From NCBI RefSeq assembly GCF_009914755.1, contig NC_060930.1: a stretch of 64,000 bases of DNA. One strand, given 5' to 3'. The translations under genes were made by a program, and so were the position numbers. How positions within the stretch are numbered: position 1 is the first letter of the stretch; each line of letters begins with the position of its first letter. Under the pieces are notes generated by a model that made no database searches, was not told the DNA's origin, and saw only the letters and a list, made by a program, of their open reading frames with translations. This DNA is from the human T2T-CHM13v2.0 reference genome, Homo sapiens. Shown here one piece after another: positions 57,677 through 64,000 of this stretch.

Positions 57677-60600
57677 TTTCTTCATATAAAACTTGACAGA
57701 AGAATTCTCAGAAACTTCTTTGTGTTGTGTGCATTCAACTCACAGAATTGAACCTTTCTTTCGATAGAGCACTTTTGAAATACTCGTTTTGTAGCATTTC
57801 CAAGTGGAGATTTAGAGCGGTTCGAGGCCTAACGTAGAAAAGGAAATATCTTCATAGAAAAACAAGACAGAATCATTCTCAGAAACTAATTTTTGATGTG
57901 TGCATTCAGCTTACAGAGTTTAACATTTTTTTTGATAGCGCAGTTTTGAAACACTCTTTTTGTGGAATTTGCAGGTGCATATTTAGAGCGCTTTGAGGCC
58001 TACGGTAGAAAAGGAAATATCTTCACATAAAAACTAGACAGAAGCATTGTTAGAAAATATTTTGTGATATTTGCATTGAACTGACAAATATGAATGTTCC
58101 TCTTGATAGAGCAGTTTTGAAACACTCTTTTTGCAGAATCTGCAAGTGGATATTTGGACCTCTTTGTGACCTTCTTTGGAAACGTGATTTCTTCATATAA
58201 ATCTAGACAAAAGAATTCTCAGAAAGTTCTCTGTGATGTGTGCCTTCAACTCACAGAGTTGAACCTTCCTTTCGATAGAGCAGTTTTGAAATACTCTTTG
58301 TAGTATTTCCAGGTGGATATTTAGCGCGGTTTCAGGCCTATGGTAGAAAAGAAAATACCTTCATAGAAAAGCTAGACAGAATGATTCTCAGAAACGACTC
58401 TCTGATGTGTGCATTCAGCTTACAGAGTTTAAAGTTTCTTTTGATAGAGCAGTTTTGAAACACTCTTTTTGTGGAATTTGCAAGTGTATGTTTAGTGCGC
58501 TTTGAGGCCTACAGTAGAAAAGGAAATATTTTCACGTAAAAACTAGACAGAAGCATTTTCAGAAACTACATTTTGATATTTGAATTCAACTCACAGAGTT
58601 GAACATTCCTCTTCATAGAGCAGTTTTGGAACACTCTTTTTGTAAAATCTGCAAGTGGATATTTGGACCTCTTTGTAGCCTTTTGTTGAAACTTGGTTTC
58701 TTCATATAAAACTAGACAGAAGAATTCTCAGAAACTTCTTTGTAATGTGTGCTTTCAACTCATAGAGTTGATACTTCCTTTCGATGGAGCAGTTTTGAAC
58801 CTCTCTTTTTGTAGAATTTTCAAGAGGATATTTAGTGACTTTTGAGTCCTTTGGTAGAAAAGGAAATAACTTCATAGAAAAATTAGAGAGAATGATTCTC
58901 AGAAACTACTTGGTGATGTGTGCATTCAGCTCAGAGAGTTTAATCTTTCCTTTGATAGAGCAGTTTTGAAACACTCTTTTTGTAGTATCTGCAAGTGAAT
59001 ATTTAGACTTTTTTGATGCCTTCTTTGGAAATGGGATTTCTTCATACAAAACTTGACAGAAGAATTCTCAGAAAATACTTTGTGATGTGTGCATTCAACT
59101 CACAGAGTTGAACCTTCCTTTCGATAGAGCAGTTTTGAAATACTCTTTTTTTCGTATTTCCAAGTGGATATTTAGAGCGGTTCGAGGCCTATGGTAGAAA
59201 AGGAAATTCCTTCATAGAAAAACTAGACAGAATTATTCTGAGAAACTAATTTTTGATGTTTGCATTCAGTTTACAGTTTAACCTTTCTTTTGATAGAGCA
59301 GTTTTGAAACACTTATTTTGTGGAATTTGCAAGTGTATATTTAGAGCGCTTTGAGGCCTATGGTTGAAACAGAAATAACTTCCCATAAAACTAGAAAGAA
59401 GCATTGTCAGAAACTACTTTGTGATGTTGGCATTCCTCTTGCTAGAGCAGTTTTGAAACACTCTTTTTGTAGAATCCGCAAGTGGATATTTGGTCTTTTT
59501 TGAGGCCTTCTTTGCAACGTGATTTCCTCCTTTAAAACTAGACAGAAGAACTCTCAGAAACTTCTTTGTGATGTCTGCTTTCAAGTCACAGAGTTGTACC
59601 TTCCTTTGGATAGAGCAGTTTTGAAACTCTCTTTTTGTAGAATTTCCAAATGGATATTTAGCGCCATTTGAGGCCTACTGTAGAAAAGGAAATATCTTCA
59701 TAGAAAAACTAGACAGAATGATTCTCAGAATCTACTTTGTGATGTGTGCCTTCAACTGACACAGTTTAACCTTTCTTTTGATAGAGCAGTTTTGAAACAC
59801 TCTTTCTGTAGAATCTGCATGTGAATATTGGGACTTTTTTGAGGCCTTCATAGGAAAGGGGATTTCTTCATATAAAACTTGACAGAAGAATTCTCAGAAA
59901 ATTATTTGTGATGTGTGCTTTCAACTCACAGGTTTGAACCTTCCTTTCGATAGAGGCGTTTTGAAACTCTCTTTTTGTAGAATTTCCAGGTGGATATTTA
60001 GAGCAGTTTGAGGCCTATGGTAGAAAAGGCAATATCTTCATAGAAAAGCTAGACAGAATGATTCTCAGAAACTGCTTTGTGATGTGTGCGTTCAACTCAC
60101 CGACTTTTACTTTTCCTTTGATAGAGCAGTTTTGAAACACTCTTTTTTGTAGAATCTACAAGTGAAAATTTGGACTTTTTTAAGGCCTTCATTGGAAACG
60201 GGATTTCTTCATATAAAACTTGACAGAAGAATTCTCAGAAACTTCTTTTTGATGTGTGCATTGAACTCACAGAGTTGAACCTCCCTTTAGATAGAGCAGT
60301 TTTGAAATACTCTTTTTGTATAATTTCCAAGTGGATATTTAGAGCGTTTCGAGGCCAATGGTGGAAAAGCAAATATCTTCATAGAAAAACTAGACAGAAT
60401 CATTCTCAGAAACTACTTTATGATGTGTGTATTCAGATTTCAGGGTTTAACTTTTCATAGAGCAGTTTTGAAACACTCTTTTTGTGGATTTTGCAAGTGT
60501 ATATTTAGAGTGCTTTGTGGCCTGTGGAAGAAAAGGAAATATTTTCACATAAAAACTAGACAGAAGCATTGTCAGAAACTACTTTGTGATATTTAAATTC

Positions 60601-63600
60601 AACTCACAGTGTTGAACATTCCTCTTGATAGAGCAGTTTTGAAACGCTCTTTTTGTAGAATCTGCAAGTGGATATTTGGACCTTTTAGTGGCCTTCATTT
60701 GAAACGTGATTTCTTCATATAAAACTAGAAAGAAGAATTCTCAGAAACTTCTTTGTGATGTGTGCTTTCAACTCACAGAGTTGAACCTTCCTTTCGATAG
60801 AGCAGTTTTGAAACTCTGTTTTTGTAGAATTTCCTAGTGGATATTTAGCACCGTTTGAGGCCTATGGTGTAAAAGGCAATATCTTCATAGAAAAACTAGA
60901 CAGAATCTTTCTCAGAAACTACATTTTGATGTGAGAATTCAGCTTACAGTGTTTAAATTTTGTTTTGATAGAGCAGTTTTGAATCACCCTTTTGTCAGAT
61001 TTGCAAGTGTATATTTAGAGCGCTTTGAGGCCTACAGCAGAAAAGGAAATATCTTCACAAAAAAACCGTACAGAAGAATTGTCAGAAACTACTTTGTGAT
61101 ATTTGTATTCAACTCACAGAGTTGGACATTCCTCTTGATAGGGCTGTTTTGAAACACTCTTTTTGTAAAATCTGCAAGTGGATATTTCGATCCTCTTTGT
61201 GGCCTTCGTTTCTAATGTGATTTCTTCATATAAAACAAGACAGAAGAATTCTCAAGAACTTTTATGTGATGTGTGCTTTCAACTCACATAGTTGAACCTT
61301 CCTTTGGATAGAGCAGTTTTGAAACTTTATTTTTGTAGTATTTCCAAGTTGATATTTAGCGCCGTTTTAGGCTTTTGGTAGAAAAGGCAATATCTTCATA
61401 GAAAAACTAGACAGAATGATTCTCTAAATCTACTTTGTGATGTGTGTGTTCAACTCACAGAGTTTAACCTTTCTTTTGATAGAGCAGTTTTGAAACACTG
61501 TTTTTGTAGAATCTGCAAGTGAATATTTGGACTTTTTTGAGGCCCTCGTTGGAATCGGGATTTCTTCATATAAAAGTTGACAGAAGAATTCTCATAAACT
61601 TCTTTGTGATGTGTGCATTCAACTCACCGAGTTGAACATTCCCTTCAATAGAGCAGTTTTGAAATACTCTTTTTGTCGAATTTTCAAGTGGATATGTAGT
61701 GCGGTTTGAGGCCAATGTTAGAAAAAGAAATATCTTCATAGAAAAACTAGACAGAATCATTCTCAGAAACTACTTTGTGATGTGTGCATTCAGCTTAAGG
61801 AGTTTAATCTTTCTTTCAATAGAGCAGTTTTGAAACAACCTTTTTGTGGAATTTGCAATTGTATATTTAGAGCGCTTTGAGGCCTACCGTAGAAAAGGAA
61901 ATATCTTCACAAGAAAACTAGAGAGAAGCATTGTCAGAAGATATTTTGTCATATTTGCATTCAACTCACAGTGTTGAACATTCCTCTTGATTGAGCACTT
62001 TTGAAACACTCTTTATGTAGAATCTGCAAGTGGATATTTGGACCTCTTTGTGTCCATCATTTGATACGTGATTTCTTCATATAAAACTAGACAGAAGAAT
62101 TTTGAGAAACTTCTTTGTGATGTGTGCTTTCAACTCACGGAGTTGAACCTTCCTTTCGATAGAGCAGTTTTGAAACTCTCTTTCTGTATAATTTTCAAGT
62201 GTATATTTAGCGCCGTTTGAGGCCTATGGTAGAAAAGACAATACCTTCATAGAAAAACTAGACAGAATCATTCTCAGAAACTACTTTGTGATGTGTGCGT
62301 TCAAAATGCAGATTTTAACCTTTCTTTGATAGAGCAGTTTTGAAGCACTCTTGTAGTATCTGCAAGTGAATATTTGGCCTTTTTTTAGGCCTTCGTTGGA
62401 AATGGGGTTTCATCATATAAAAGTTGACAGAAGAATTCTCAGAAACTTCTTTGTGATGTGTGCATTCAACTCACAGATTTAAACCTACCTTTCCGTAGAG
62501 CAGTTTTGAAATTCTCTTTTTGTAGAATTTCTAGGTGGATATTGAAAGCAGTTTGAGGCCTATGGTATAAAAGGCAACATCTTGATAGAAAAATTAGAAT
62601 CATTCTCAGAAACTACTGTGTGAAGTGAGCATTCAGCATACAGAGTTTAACTTTTGTTTTGATAGAGCAGCTTTGAAACACTCTTTTTGTGGAATTTGCA
62701 AGTGTATATTTAGGGCACTTTTAGGCCTACTGTAGCAAAGGAAATTTCTTCACAAAAAAACTGTACAGAAGCATTGTCCGAAACTACTTTATGATATTTG
62801 CATTCAATTCACAGATTTGAACATTCCTCTTGATAGGGCTGTTTTGAAACACTCTTTTTGTAGAATTTGGAAGTGGATATTTGGATCCTCTTTGTGGCCT
62901 TCATTTGAAACGTGATTTCTTCATATAAAACTAGACAGAAGGATTCTCAGAAACTTCATCGCGATGTGTGCTTTCAACTCACAGTGTTGAAACTTCCTTT
63001 TGAAAGAGCAGTTTTGAAACTCTTTTTGTAGGATATCCAAGTGGATATTTAGCGCTGTTTGAGGCCTATGGTGGAAAAGGCAATAACGTCATAGAAAAAA
63101 TTGACAGAATGATTCTCAGAAACTACTTTGTGTTGTGTGCGTTCTACTCACAGAGTTTAACCTTTCTTTTGATAGAGCAGTTTTGAAACACTCTTTTTGT
63201 AGAATCTGCAAGTGAATATTTGGACTTTATTGAGGCCTTCATGGGGAACGGGATTTCTTCATATAAAACTTGACAGAAGAATTCTCAGAAACTTCTTTGT
63301 GATATGTGCATTCAACTCACAGAATTGAAATTTCCCTTCGATAGAGCAGTTTAGAAATGTTCTTTTTGTAGAATTTTCAAGTGGATATGTAGTGCGGTTC
63401 GAGGCCTATGGTATAAAAGGAAATATCTTCATAGAAAAACTAGACCGAATCATTCTCAGAAACTACTTTGTGATGTGTGCATTCAGCTTACAGAGTTCAA
63501 CGTTTCTTTTGATAGAGCAGATTTGAAACAACCTTTTTGTGACATTTGCAATGGTATATTTAGAGCGCTTTGAGGTCTATGGTAGAAAAGGAAGTATCTT

Positions 63601-64000
63601 CAGAAAAAAACTAGACAGAAGCCTTGTCAGAAACTACTTTGTCATATTTGCATTCAACACACAGTGTTGAACATTCCTCTAGATAGAGCACTTTTGAAAC
63701 ACTCTTTTTGTAGAATCTGCAAGTGGATTTTTGGACCTCTTTGTTTCCATCGTTTGATATGTGACTTCTTCTTATAAAACTAGACAGAAGAATTTTGAGA
63801 AACTTCCTTGTGATGGGGGCTTTCACCTCAAAGGTTTGAACCTTCCTTTCGATAGTGCAATTTTGGAAATCTCTTTTTGTAGAGTTTCCAAGTGGGTATT
63901 TAGCGCCTTTTGAGGCCTCTGGTAGAAAAGGCAATATCTTCATAGAAAAATTAGACCGAATCATTCTGAGAAACTACTTTCTGATGTGTGCATTTAGATT

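Overview
Great-ape/human pericentromeric DNA; no cellular genes. About 57 kb is ~171-bp alpha satellite in one orientation, divergent and CENP-B-box-poor, i.e. a relic rather than an active centromeric array. It mixes two kinds of sequence: a B-A-B-A-A pentamer-based type (1-~5.2 kb, ~12.8-41.5 kb, ~48.1-64 kb) and a longer-period type (~6.1-12.8 kb, ~41.6-48.1 kb), with nested tandem and long-range duplications. Two retro-insertions interrupt it, both on the minus strand and at essentially the same position of the monomer. (1) A full-length, inactivated L1PA3/L1PA2-type LINE-1 (22739-28770) with a 13-bp degenerate TSD; mutations have turned its antisense ORF0 into a 145-codon ORF0/5'UTR/alpha-satellite fusion ORF. 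(2) A ~950-bp polyadenylated, 5'-truncated retrocopy or orphan transduction (49740-50686) carrying an Alu, a MER2B-like DNA transposon fossil and unique DNA; its empty-site paralogue lies 3.2 kb downstream. I see no clear evidence of a new multi-gene system. Subfamily calls rely on recalled consensus sequences and were not computed.
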